Shown here in pieces: positions 39,831-49,199 of a DNA stretch of 56,103 bases; positions within the stretch are counted from its first letter, which is position 1; every line of letters begins with the position of its first letter. Both the position numbers and the translations under genes were made by a program. Source of the stretch: Acidimicrobiia bacterium (lineage in GTDB: Bacteria; Actinomycetota; Acidimicrobiia; Spongiisociales; UBA5794). The stretch lies in the NCBI GenBank assembly GCA_029287195.1, contig JARFRN010000149.1:1-56103 (forward strand). Direction: 5' to 3'. Under the pieces are notes generated by a model, which worked only from the letters and a program-made list of their open reading frames with translations, was not told the DNA's origin and did not search any database.

Positions 39831-41090
39831 ATGAACAGCAGGGCACGCACACGAGAACGCGACGAGGCTGCAACGCTCTCTGCCCTGAGCTCATGGGAAA
39901 CACAAGTCGACAAGGCTTTCATCTGGATGCCATATGTGCTGCTGGCGATCTCGTTGGGGGTTGCGCAGTTCGGTAGCAAGACCTTCGGTAACCGGCTGAT
40001 CGAGATCGGGCTGGCCGTGGCTGCGGCAGGTTGGACCTGGGTGACGTTCACCCGCAAGGGCAGACCGAGCACCATAGGTCAGGGCGCCCTGCAGGTGTAC
40101 TTCATCGGTTTCGTGTTTCTCGCCTTGCTGCTGGTGCTGCGCTCACCGGTCTTCCTCGTCTACGGCCTCACCGGGCTCTTCCACGCCTCGCTGCTCCGCC
40201 CGTGGCCGGTTGCCTTCGTCGGAATCGGTGCCGCCAGTCTTGTGGTTCACGCCCACATAGTCATCACCGAGAGCACCCCCGCGACGTGGGCCATCTACTT
40301 GGGAATTGCCATTTTGCAGACCGTCGCAGTGTCCGCCGGACTGTACGGCGGCCACCGTATCTCAGAGGTAGCTGAGGAGCGGCGCGAGACACTGGAGCGC
40401 CTGGAACGAATGACGAGAGAGAATGAGGGGTTGCACGCACAGTTGGTTGCCCAGGCTCGAGAAGCAGGTGTTCTCGATGAGAGGCAGCGCATGGCACGCG
40501 AGATCCACGACACCATCGCCCAGGGCCTGACCGGCGTGATCACTCAACTGGAAGCGGTCGAGCAGGCCTGGGACGACGCGGCCGAGGTCCACCGACGCCT
40601 TGCGACGGCTACAGATCTCGCCCGGCACAGTCTCGATGAGGCCCGTCGCTCGGTGCAGGCGATCCGACCCGGCCCTCTGTCCGACAGCAAGCTGCCAAAG
40701 GCTCTGCGCGGAGTGGCAACCCGCTGGTCCGACGTGTACGGCATACCGGTTCTGGTGAGTACCGCCGGGCAGCGGCGGAGCCTCCATCCTGAGATCGAGG
40801 TTGTGCTGCTGCGGGCCGCCCAGGAGGGATTGGCCAATGTCGCCAAGCACGCTGCGGCGACTCAGGTCGGCATTACGCTCACATTCATGGACGGCACCGT
40901 TGCTCTCGACGTGCGCGACAACGGTGCTGGGTTTGAGGCTGTGCAAGCGGGCAACGAGGAGAGCTTCGGATTGGCGGCCATGCAGCAGCGGGTACACAAC
41001 ATCAGCGGCGAAGTCACGATCGAGTCGACGCCGGGGGAAGGCACCGCCATTTCGGTGCGTGTTCCCACCGCACGGCTGCCCCATGAGTGA
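39831..41090 (+). CDS. Membrane sensor histidine kinase (HisKA_3)
   Basis: N-terminal TMs; ERQRMAREIHDTIAQG, QEGLANVAKHA, DNGAGF and FGLAAM. Confidence 0.95.
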   Translation: MNSRARTRERDEAATLSALSSWETQVDKAFIWMPYVLLAISLGVAQFGSKTFGNRLIEIGLAVAAAGWTWVTFTRKGRPSTIGQGALQVYFIGFVFLALLLVLRSPVFLVYGLTGLFHASLLRPWPVAFVGIGAASLVVHAHIVITESTPATWAIYLGIAILQTVAVSAGLYGGHRISEVAEERRETLERLERMTRENEGLHAQLVAQAREAGVLDERQRMAREIHDTIAQGLTGVITQLEAVEQAWDDAAEVHRRLATATDLARHSLDEARRSVQAIRPGPLSDSKLPKALRGVATRWSDVYGIPVLVSTAGQRRSLHPEIEVVLLRAAQEGLANVAKHAAATQVGITLTFMDGTVALDVRDNGAGFEAVQAGNEESFGLAAMQQRVHNISGEVTIESTPGEGTAISVRVPTARLPHE

Positions 41091-41742
41091 AGCCGCAACC
41101 ACCCCGCTCCGGGTTCTCATCGTCGACGATCATCCGGTTGTTCGAGACGGCCTACGCGGGCTGTTTGCCGGGGACCCAGAGTTCGAAGTCGTCGGCGACG
41201 CCGCGGATGGTCGAGAGGCGATAGCTCGGGCCGAGGTGTATCGCCCCGACGTGATCCTGATGGATCTGCGCATGCCCGTCATGGACGGTGTGGCGGCAAC
41301 TCGAGAGATATGCAGTCGTGACCTGGATGCCAAGGTCCTAATCGTCACCACCTACGACACGGAGAGTGACGTGCTTCCTGCGATCGAGGCCGGGGCTACC
41401 GGATACGTTCTCAAGGACACCCCGCGCCACGAGCTGCGACGGGCGGTCAAGGCCGCTGCTGCCGGCGAATCCGTCCTTTCTCCCCCTGTCGCCCGCCGGC
41501 TGCTTGGGCAGGTTCGCCGGCCGAGTCAAGGCACGCTCAGCGACCGGGAGTTGGAGATCCTGCTGATGGTGGCTCGCGGCTCGACGAACAAGCGAATCGC
41601 GGCCGGGCTGTTCATCAGCGAAGCAACGGTCAAGACCCACCTGCTCCACATCTACGAGAAGCTGGAAGTCAACGATCGAGCCGCCGCGGTGGCCGCCGGC
41701 TACGAGCGCGGGTTGTTGCATCCTGGGGACGCAACTAGCTAG
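41083..41742 (+). CDS. NarL/LuxR family response regulator
   Basis: VDDHPVVRDG, LMDLRMP, GYVLKD and LSDRELEIL...ISEATVKTH; overlaps the kinase stop. Confidence 0.95.
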   Translation: MSEAATTPLRVLIVDDHPVVRDGLRGLFAGDPEFEVVGDAADGREAIARAEVYRPDVILMDLRMPVMDGVAATREICSRDLDAKVLIVTTYDTESDVLPAIEAGATGYVLKDTPRHELRRAVKAAAAGESVLSPPVARRLLGQVRRPSQGTLSDRELEILLMVARGSTNKRIAAGLFISEATVKTHLLHIYEKLEVNDRAAAVAAGYERGLLHPGDATS

Positions 41743-41764
41743 TCGCCGGCCGTAGGATCGGCTG

Positions 41765-42466
41765 ATGGGGCATCCGTTCTCAGACCGCAATGTGTTGACC
41801 GTCGCCGGCCTCAGTGTTGCGCTCTTCCTCTACAGCAGCGTCACGCATCTGATCCCCGGCTACAACGTGGTCTATGTGCCCCTGAGCCTCGGCGCGACAC
41901 TTCTTCTTGCGGCTGTTGCGACCGGCATCGGTCTCACACCGTCTGACCTCGGGCTGGAACGGGCATCGACCACTTCGGGCCTGAGGTGGGGTGCCGGCGC
42001 AACATTACTTGCAGCCCTTGCCATCGGAATCGCCGTTCTGGTGCCGTCGTTCCACGGGCTATTTGACGACGCCAGAGTGAACGACATGTCGCTCGGCCTC
42101 CTGGCCTACCGGGCACTGGTGCGAATCCCTTTCGGTACCGCGCTTCTCGAGGAGTTGGCCTTTCGCGGCGTTCTGTTTGGTGCTTGGCAGCGGATCGCCC
42201 GACCGCTCACAGCTGCGCTGGGCAGCAGTGTTGTGTTCGGCTTGTGGCACGTCAGACCCACGGTTGATCTTCTTGAGGCCAATGAACTCGCGGTGTCCGC
42301 AGGTAGCCGGATCGGGACGGTGGTTGCGGCTGTCGCCGCAACCACCGTGGCTGGACTGGTGTTCTGCTGGTTGCGGATACGGAGCCGAAGCCTGCTGGCA
42401 CCGTATCTGGCGCATACCGCAATCAACTCCTTTGCCCTCGTCGGCGCTTTCATCGTCGCCGGCTGA
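41765..42466 (+). CDS. CPBP (CAAX/Abi) intramembrane glutamic protease
   Basis: EELAFRG, FGLWH and HTAIN motifs in a multi-TM protein. Confidence 0.92.
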   Translation: MGHPFSDRNVLTVAGLSVALFLYSSVTHLIPGYNVVYVPLSLGATLLLAAVATGIGLTPSDLGLERASTTSGLRWGAGATLLAALAIGIAVLVPSFHGLFDDARVNDMSLGLLAYRALVRIPFGTALLEELAFRGVLFGAWQRIARPLTAALGSSVVFGLWHVRPTVDLLEANELAVSAGSRIGTVVAAVAATTVAGLVFCWLRIRSRSLLAPYLAHTAINSFALVGAFIVAG

Positions 42467-42531
42467 CGGTGGGCTGGCACACTCGGCGGACGGCCAATAA
42501 CCTGCTTCTGAATCGAGAGGCGAGGTGTCAT

Positions 42532-42903
42532 ATGCCGGTCCCGCAGTGGGTGGCGAAGATCAACAAGCGGCTCTTCAACCCGATGGAGATTCGGCGCGGC
42601 AAACGCCCGGTCATAACGCACTCCGGCCGGTCATCGGGCAAGACCTACCACACCCCGCTCGATGCCCACCGCACCGAAGACGGTTTTGTGTTCATCCTCA
42701 TGTACACATCAGCGTGCGATTGGGTGCAGAACGTGGTGGCCGCCGGCTCGGCGAAGCTATCTGTGAACGGCGAGGAGTTCGACCTGGTGTCGCCGCGGCT
42801 GATCACGATGGAGGAAGCTGCAGCGGTGGTCTCGCCGGAAACAAACCTTCAGCCGGGTCGGGTCAAGGGCATCGAGTACCTGCAGATGGACATTCGGCAG
42901 TAG
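42532..42903 (+). CDS. Deazaflavin (F420)-dependent nitroreductase-like protein
   Basis: GAGGTG RBS; HSGRSSGKTYHTPL and DWVQNVVAAG. Confidence 0.82.
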   Translation: MPVPQWVAKINKRLFNPMEIRRGKRPVITHSGRSSGKTYHTPLDAHRTEDGFVFILMYTSACDWVQNVVAAGSAKLSVNGEEFDLVSPRLITMEEAAAVVSPETNLQPGRVKGIEYLQMDIRQ

Positions 42904-42919
42904 CGCGCCACTGCTGCGC

Positions 42920-43141
42920 GCGTGATACCGAACACGTTGCCTTCGAGATCGGTGCAGACATTCGTTCTGCAGCCACGGCGTTACCTTGCGGCCGGGCGGA
43001 GGCGCTCGGAGCCCGCAGTGTTCGAGCGCCTTGAACTCGAGGTCCAACAGGTCAGCCGGAAGCCGGTCATTGCTGCGAGGTCGACACGGTCGATTGTCGC
43101 TGCGATCAGCAAGGGGACGTCGGCAGGCCGTTGCGATCCAT
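42920..43141 (-). pseudogene. Degenerate VOC/glyoxalase gene
   Basis: TAGGCT-N6-ATG(43141), then frameshifted pieces LIAATIDRVDLAAMTGF / DLLDLEF...GRKVTPWLQ / DLEGNVFGI matching the VOC N-terminus and DPEGN C-terminus. Confidence 0.5.
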
Positions 43142-43182
43142 CGGCACAGCCTACGGCGTGGTAGTTGGTTTTTGCATTCTGC

Positions 43183-43635
43183 CTACGGCTCGCGTTTCGA
43201 CCCGGTAGCAAGGTCCTCGACAATGGCGATGTAGAGCTCGGCATCGAGCTGATGCCCGAAACACACGGGGGCGCTGTGGGTGGTGTCGTCGTGCGTCGTG
43301 AGTATCAGCTGCGGGCCAAGCGCAACGAGGATCATCCACAGCCCGACAACCAGCAACAGGAGCGACACCCACCAGGGCAGGAAGAACCACGGCACGATCA
43401 CTCCTGCCAGTCCTATCAACAGCCGGACTGGGCGCACCGTTCTGCCCGTTCTGATCGAAGCGACTTCATCGATCGGCACTGCAACCAATCGGAGACCGGC
43501 CGGTATCAATCCGAGGATCGTACGAGGCACCTCCCAGCGCACGGTGTTGCCGCTCACCTCGACGGTAACCCGTAGATAGCGGGCCAAGTTGTGCGTTGGG
43601 ACTCTGATCGGAGGCGCCTGAACGGGACCCGTCAT
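43183..43635 (-). CDS. Hypothetical membrane protein
   Basis: 150-aa ORF from ATG 43635 with a central hydrophobic hairpin. Confidence 0.7.
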   Translation of the reverse strand: MTGPVQAPPIRVPTHNLARYLRVTVEVSGNTVRWEVPRTILGLIPAGLRLVAVPIDEVASIRTGRTVRPVRLLIGLAGVIVPWFFLPWWVSLLLLVVGLWMILVALGPQLILTTHDDTTHSAPVCFGHQLDAELYIAIVEDLATGSKREP

Positions 43636-43891
43636 TGTGGGGCTGCCATTATCAGACCTTCGTTCGCCTACCCTCGAGCTAAGTCGACAACGGCGCCAAT
43701 AGCGAGAGGGCTTCGGACCCAATCTGCTGAGTCATCTGTCACTTCGACAGTGTTCCCCGTTGTTGACATCGAGTCGATCATTCGGCGAGCACGATCGGCG
43801 AGTCGACCGTCACCTTCGCGCAGACCTCGGTTCGCTCTCCATGCTGATGGAAACCTCGTATGCCGAGCCGCCGCGACGCAGCTGCGCACCC

Positions 43892-44908
43892 CTAATCGAC
43901 GACGAGAACCACCTTGCCGGCGTATTTGCCCCGTTCGATCACCTCGTGGGCACGAACTGCCTCGAGCAACGGAACTCGCTCGTGCACATGTGGCTTCAGG
44001 CTCCCGTCTGCCAACCAGTTGAGCAGCTTCGCCAGCGTTTCCTGATAACGCTCGATATTGTCCGGGGAGGCCGCCGGGGTCAGCGGTGCCTTCCTGCCGT
44101 CCGGGATCAGCGACACCAGCGTCCGCATGAACAAGCTGCCGGGGATAACCCATCGCCCGTGGTGTTTGGTCCCCGCCACGCCAAACCAAATCAGGCGCCC
44201 CCCTTTGCGCAGCGCCCGATACGATCGCCACACCTGGCGGGTGCCGCCGATCTGATCGAATACGACATCCACACCGTTACCGGTGAGCTCCCGGATTCGC
44301 TCGACGAAGTCTTCGGAGCGGTAGTCGATCGGCGTCGCCCCATAGGACAGCACAGCATCGTGATTGTGCTTCGAGGCCGTGCCGTACATCTCGAGCCCTG
44401 CCAGGGCGCCGAGTTCCAGCAAGGCCGTGCCTGTGCCACCCGCAGCGCCGTGCACCAGAACGCTCTCGCCTGCTTTCACCTTGGCGCCCTGGTGCATCAT
44501 CGTGTGGGCAGTCAGGTAGTTGGCGACGACACACACCGCTAATCCCGGATCCACACCGGCGGGAACGGGAACCGCGCGGTCGGCCGGGATGCACAAGTAC
44601 TCGGTGTAGCTACCTCCGCCCATGTCGAGCAGTGCGGCAACGGTATCGCCCTCGTCGGGTGCGGTCACCTCGTGGCCGCGTGCGTCGACAACGCCGACGA
44701 CGTCGACACCGGGGGTAAATGGCGGCTTCGGAAAGCCGGGAAAGGACAGCGACCGCAACATGACATCAAACGCCGATACTCCGGCGGCAAGGGTCTTCAC
44801 CCTGATCTCGCCGGGTCCGGGCACGGGCATCGGCTCCTCGAAAATCTGTAGAACGTCGGGACCGCCCCGTTCCGAAACGACGACGCGCCGATTAGTGGAT
44901 GCGGTCAT
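43892..44908 (-). CDS. MDR family (quinone oxidoreductase-like) protein
   Basis: AGGAG RBS; GGPDVL, PFTPGVDVVG, ANYLTA, VHGAAGGTG and GKVVL. Confidence 0.92.
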   Translation of the reverse strand: MTASTNRRVVVSERGGPDVLQIFEEPMPVPGPGEIRVKTLAAGVSAFDVMLRSLSFPGFPKPPFTPGVDVVGVVDARGHEVTAPDEGDTVAALLDMGGGSYTEYLCIPADRAVPVPAGVDPGLAVCVVANYLTAHTMMHQGAKVKAGESVLVHGAAGGTGTALLELGALAGLEMYGTASKHNHDAVLSYGATPIDYRSEDFVERIRELTGNGVDVVFDQIGGTRQVWRSYRALRKGGRLIWFGVAGTKHHGRWVIPGSLFMRTLVSLIPDGRKAPLTPAASPDNIERYQETLAKLLNWLADGSLKPHVHERVPLLEAVRAHEVIERGKYAGKVVLVVD

Positions 44909-45059
44909 GTTGGCTCCTGAGCAGGCTGTGCTCATCGTTTCAGGCCGAGGATTCATTCGCTAGAGGCAACGGTCACTCGGCTCATTGCCCTATGTATCCG
45001 GGAATCAAATCATGGTCGCCGGGGAGCGAGTCGAATCCGCCGGCAATCCGGTTCCCTCA

Positions 45060-46904
45060 TCATTGTCGGCTCCGCAAAGCCAACACCATCGCGGCGCCCC
45101 CAATCAGCAGAGCACCGAGCGCCAAGAGCGCTCCTAGCGGTGTTGCGCTCTCCGCCGGTTCCTCACCACCCGCAGCGACCGGAGGCGAAGTCGTCGCCGG
45201 GCCGGCCTCCGTCGGAGGGGACGCGGGATCGGCCGCTTCGGCATCCTCGGTGTCGATGGCGGTCCCGATACGATCGGCCGCCGCCATGCGGCTCTGATCA
45301 AACAGTACTTCCGTTCCGAACCGAATCTCGCTCTCCTGACCGGGGGGCCCGTCCCAGCGAAACCCGACCAGCACCGTCTCGGGTAGCGGATCGGGGTCGC
45401 CGGCCGTGGTGCCGCTCACGGTGGCTTGATGTCGGTCTGTGCCGAAGGCCTGGCTCAGCCGGGGTGGTTCATCGAAAGCCCTTCCCACCGGATTGCCGTC
45501 AAGGTCGGTGAGAACCATCGTGAACTCTCCCGTCGATCCTTGACCGACGTAGCGGTCTCCTGGGAACAGGGCGAAGGCATTCATCGCCTCGCCTCGCTCC
45601 ATATTCAGGCGGTACCACCTGGTCTCTCCAGGGGCAAGGGGACCCCGGAACTCTCCGCCCCGCCAGTTGGGCCCGTTCTCGGCCATTCCGGCCAGTTGCA
45701 GCACCGGTGCCGCCGCCGGGTCCAGCGCCCCGGCCACCTCGGTCCGAGCCAGGTAACGCCCGGTGTCGCTGTTGAGAACTTCGACTCCGACCCGCAGCGA
45801 TCCCAGGAACACCTCTGCTGCTGCATCCCAGTGGAGGCCCACGAGGTAGGAGGCCTCTGCCGACCAGCCCTGTTGCGGTCCTGCAATCGCCGCCCCAGCC
45901 ATTGGGGAATCCGTCCCGGGCAACTCGGTACGCAGCGGATAGCCGCCGCGGCCCACTTCGGTCTCGACTCGGTTCCCGTTCTCGTCGAGGATGATTATCT
46001 CCAGGTAGCCGCCGGCCTCGAGATCGGCAGGCCACTCGAGGTCGGTCCATACCCAGGCCGCCTCCCACTCCCAGAGATCGAGCTGATACCAGCGGATCTC
46101 ACCCGGCATGATGATGCCGGTGAAGCTCTGCACTGCGATCTTTCCGGGCTCATCGCTGACCCAATCGGCTTTGGGGGTGAGCGGGATAAGCGGCGCCGAC
46201 GTCGGGTCCAGCGCCCCGTGCAGCGTCGGCGGCGGTCGCCACTCTGCGAGCGTGTCGGCTACCTCGCCGAGCCGCGCCACGAGCTCGCCGGCTACATCTA
46301 CTGATCGGTACTCGCCACCCGTTACATCTGCGATGCAGCGCAGCTGCTGCTCGGCCGCCGAGCCGGTGTCGAGGAGGAACCCGATCGATTCGATCCGCAC
46401 ATCGAGCAGGTCTCCGAACAGTTCCTCGGCAACCTGGCATGGATCCGGCGGCGCGCACGTGTCCTCACCGTCCGAGATGAGGACGATCGATCTGGGCCCG
46501 AACTCAGGAAGGTCGACCGCCGCCTCCTGAAGCGATAGCCCGATAGGTGTGAACCCCGACGCCGCAACGCCCGCGATCGCCTCGCTGAAGCTTGCCCGAT
46601 CCAGAGGTGCTACCGGAACAACCAACTCGGTATCCCGGCACCCCCGCTCCCGATCAGTATTCGGCTCACGATGGCCGTAGACGCGAAGGCCGACCTCGAT
46701 GCCATCAGGCAACGCCTCGATCAATTCGAGAATCGCCGCTTTTGCCTTGTCGATGTAGGGCACACCGGCCTCGTCGACGTTGTTCATCGACCCGGAAGCG
46801 TCGAGGATGATCAGCATCGCCCCATCCGGCGGCTGATCCTCCTGGGCTGAGCCAACTGCGGGCGTCAAGAACAAGACGATCACGGCCATCAGGAGTTTCC
46901 GCAC
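45060..46904 (-). CDS. Secreted VWA-domain surface protein with a C-terminal membrane anchor
   Basis: GGAGG RBS before GTG 46904; signal peptide; MIDAS DASGS, TPIG and ISDGEDTC; two repeated domains; Pro/Ala/Thr linker; TM helix followed by RSRQ. Confidence 0.88.
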   Translation of the reverse strand: MRKLLMAVIVLFLTPAVGSAQEDQPPDGAMLIILDASGSMNNVDEAGVPYIDKAKAAILELIEALPDGIEVGLRVYGHREPNTDRERGCRDTELVVPVAPLDRASFSEAIAGVAASGFTPIGLSLQEAAVDLPEFGPRSIVLISDGEDTCAPPDPCQVAEELFGDLLDVRIESIGFLLDTGSAAEQQLRCIADVTGGEYRSVDVAGELVARLGEVADTLAEWRPPPTLHGALDPTSAPLIPLTPKADWVSDEPGKIAVQSFTGIIMPGEIRWYQLDLWEWEAAWVWTDLEWPADLEAGGYLEIIILDENGNRVETEVGRGGYPLRTELPGTDSPMAGAAIAGPQQGWSAEASYLVGLHWDAAAEVFLGSLRVGVEVLNSDTGRYLARTEVAGALDPAAAPVLQLAGMAENGPNWRGGEFRGPLAPGETRWYRLNMERGEAMNAFALFPGDRYVGQGSTGEFTMVLTDLDGNPVGRAFDEPPRLSQAFGTDRHQATVSGTTAGDPDPLPETVLVGFRWDGPPGQESEIRFGTEVLFDQSRMAAADRIGTAIDTEDAEAADPASPPTEAGPATTSPPVAAGGEEPAESATPLGALLALGALLIGGAAMVLALRSRQ

Positions 46905-47077
46905 AGAGACCTCCGAGCAGTTCATCGTCAGTGTCCGTTTCGACAATCCGCAGAACCAGGGGACAACGTCACAAACGGAAGGTCGAACTCTGCTGCCGGC
47001 CATTCCGGGGCAAGCAGAATGCTCTCGGGCATCTCCTATATCCTTGGCGAACCCCGTTGAACCATTGAGGAGTAACA

Positions 47078-48025
47078 ATGAGCGACACCACCGGCCTTCA
47101 TGTTGTCCTCGGCGCCGGCGGCGGCGCCGGCAACGCCATCGCCCAGGCACTTCACGCCGCCGGACTACCGACCCGAGCCGTCAACCGCTCAGGTGCGGCC
47201 GACCTCCCCGGGGGCATCGAACTACTTGGCGCCGATATCGCGACCCCCGAAGGTGCAGCCAGAGCCGTCGCCGGGGCAGCCGTTGTCTACATGGCGGCGC
47301 AGCCCCCCTACCACCGCTGGCCCGAAGAGTTCCCTGCGATGTTGCGCACGGCGACGGATGCCACCGCAGCTACCGGCGCCAAGTTCGTTATGGTCGATAA
47401 CCTATACAGCTACGGCCCGGGTGCCGGGACGATCAACGAAAACACCCCCCGCCGCGCCAACGACAGTAAGGGGAAGGTACGCCGCGAGATGATTCGCACG
47501 CTGCTCGACCTGCACCACTCACAGGAATTTCGGGTGGCCATCGGCCAGGCATCGGACTACTTCGGACCGTACGCCAACAACTCTGCCATCACCGCCTTGG
47601 CCATCGAACCCGTGGCTCGAGGCAAAACCATCCGCTGGACCGGCAGTCTCGACGCCCCGCACTCGGTCGCGTACCTGCCCGACATCGCTCGCGCCTACGT
47701 GCAACTCGGCACTTCGGATAGAGCCGACGGCGAGGTCTGGATCCTGCCCCACGGCGAGCCTGCCACCGGCCGGGCTTTTCTCGATCAGGTCAACGGGTCG
47801 CTGCCGCAACCGCTGAAGACCGGTCTCATCTCAAAGGCGATGCTGCGGCTGGCAGCGCCCTTTCACAAGATCTCGAGGGAAACGCTCGGCATTCTCTACC
47901 AGTGGACCGAACCATTCGTAGTCGACGACGCCAAGTTCCAGAAAGCGTTCGGCCCGTTTACGACCACTCCCCTTGCCGAAGCCGTCGGCGCCTCTGTCGA
48001 GTGGTACCGGTCTCGAGGCGACTGA
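47078..48025 (+). CDS. NAD-dependent epimerase/dehydratase family protein
   Basis: GAGGAG RBS; VLGAGGGAG, DNLYSYGP, KGKVR, SDYFGP and HSVAYLPD. Confidence 0.9.
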   Translation: MSDTTGLHVVLGAGGGAGNAIAQALHAAGLPTRAVNRSGAADLPGGIELLGADIATPEGAARAVAGAAVVYMAAQPPYHRWPEEFPAMLRTATDATAATGAKFVMVDNLYSYGPGAGTINENTPRRANDSKGKVRREMIRTLLDLHHSQEFRVAIGQASDYFGPYANNSAITALAIEPVARGKTIRWTGSLDAPHSVAYLPDIARAYVQLGTSDRADGEVWILPHGEPATGRAFLDQVNGSLPQPLKTGLISKAMLRLAAPFHKISRETLGILYQWTEPFVVDDAKFQKAFGPFTTTPLAEAVGASVEWYRSRGD

Positions 48026-48121
48026 TCATCACCACTCCGACAGTCAACAATGTCAGAAACACCCTTCTGCCGGAGACGTAGTGTTTGGGAGGGCTTCGTC
48101 CCCTGACGGTGTGGAAGGCCT

Positions 48122-48540
48122 ATGGATTCTTCGCAACAGCGCCGCCGCTTCGACGAGCTGTACGCACAGAACTTCCAAGACGTCCTCGCCTACTGCATGC
48201 GACGCACCGGGGCTGATGATGCTTTTGCCGCAGCCAACGATGTCTTTGCTATTGCCTGACGGAGAGTCGACGATGTGCCGATTGGCAACGCTGCACGACC
48301 TGGCTATTCGTGGTCGCCCGGCGGGTGCCGTATCGGCAACGGCGTGGCATACACCGTTTTCATCAGCTGGTGGAGAAAGTCGGATCCATTCGGCAATCCG
48401 AAGGGCCTAACCCGGAGAACCTGATTGTGCAGCGGGAGGAATACGACGGCGTCTTGCAGGCGGCATCACGACTCAGCCGGAGCGATCGCGAGGTTTTCAG
48501 CCTGGCGGCGTGGGAAGGCCTCCCCCACCGCGATATCTCC
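48122..48540 (+). pseudogene. ECF sigma factor pseudogene
   Basis: MDSSQQRRRFDELYAQNFQDVLAYCMRR...DVFAIA*RR (TGA 48257-48259 at the usual AWRR Trp), frameshift near 48299, WLFVVARRV, then region 4 LSRSDREVFSLAAWEGLPHRDI, after which similarity breaks off. Confidence 0.8.
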
Positions 48541-48689
48541 GTACAAGAGCCGCCAATCTCCCCGACCACGTGTGGCGATCGGCACAGCTCGAGGTGGTTG
48601 CGCCCTAGCCGGCCGGCGAAGCGGGCCGGCTCCTGTACGAGCCCATCCCGATCGCTAGTGTTGCGCCAGGCTACACGTTGGGACGGATC

Positions 48690-49199
48690 GTGCTTTCAGA
48701 GAACGCAATGAATGTTCTGCGAACCACGTCGCTGTTCGCCGGGTTCAATGAAGAACAACTGGAGATGGTGCCCAAGGTCGGGCGGGAGCGCAACTTCGAG
48801 TCCGGGGAGATGATCGTGGAGGAGGGATCGACGGGAGCCCGATCGCTCTGGCTGGTGCTGGAGGGCGAGGTCGACATCGTCGTTGCCGGAGAGGTTCTTC
48901 GCTCCCAGGGGCCGGGCACCCACTTCGGCGAGCTTGCGCTGCTGGCTGAAGCGCCGCGGTCGGCCGATGTTGTCGCCCGCACCGAGACGGTCGCCCTCGA
49001 GCTATCTCGGAGCCACTTACACGGGCTCATAAGCGCCAACCCGCAGGTGGCCCTCGACATGCTCGCCGAGTTGGCAACCAGGCTGCGGGACGTTACTGAA
49101 GCGCTCGCAGAGAAGACCGCCGTCGAATCGGCCCATGCGGCTCCATCCGATCCCTACTACCTCGGCCCCATCGAGTACGGGGTCGGCGGACGGGACTAG
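48690..49199 (+). CDS. Stand-alone cyclic nucleotide-binding domain protein
   Basis: LFAGF, GEMIVEEG, VLEGEV and canonical cassette FGELALLAEAPRSADV; no HTH. Start is 48678, 48690 or 48708. Confidence 0.9.
   Translation: MLSENAMNVLRTTSLFAGFNEEQLEMVPKVGRERNFESGEMIVEEGSTGARSLWLVLEGEVDIVVAGEVLRSQGPGTHFGELALLAEAPRSADVVARTETVALELSRSHLHGLISANPQVALDMLAELATRLRDVTEALAEKTAVESAHAAPSDPYYLGPIEYGVGGRD

Noticed and set aside
43636-43891. Possible small ORF or gene remnant between the membrane protein and MDR genes
   Set aside because: No recognisable motif or convincing start signal.
45013-45045. tRNA 3'-end-like sequence on the minus strand (GGATTCGACTCGCTCCCCGGCGACCA)
   Set aside because: The T-stem does not pair, there is no 5' acceptor half or anticodon arm, and no integrase is nearby; likely chance. 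tRNAscan-SE or ARAGORN would settle it.
48257-48259. In-frame TGA as selenocysteine or recoded Trp
   Set aside because: The same gene also has a frameshift and truncation, and TGA is a normal stop for many genes in this window.
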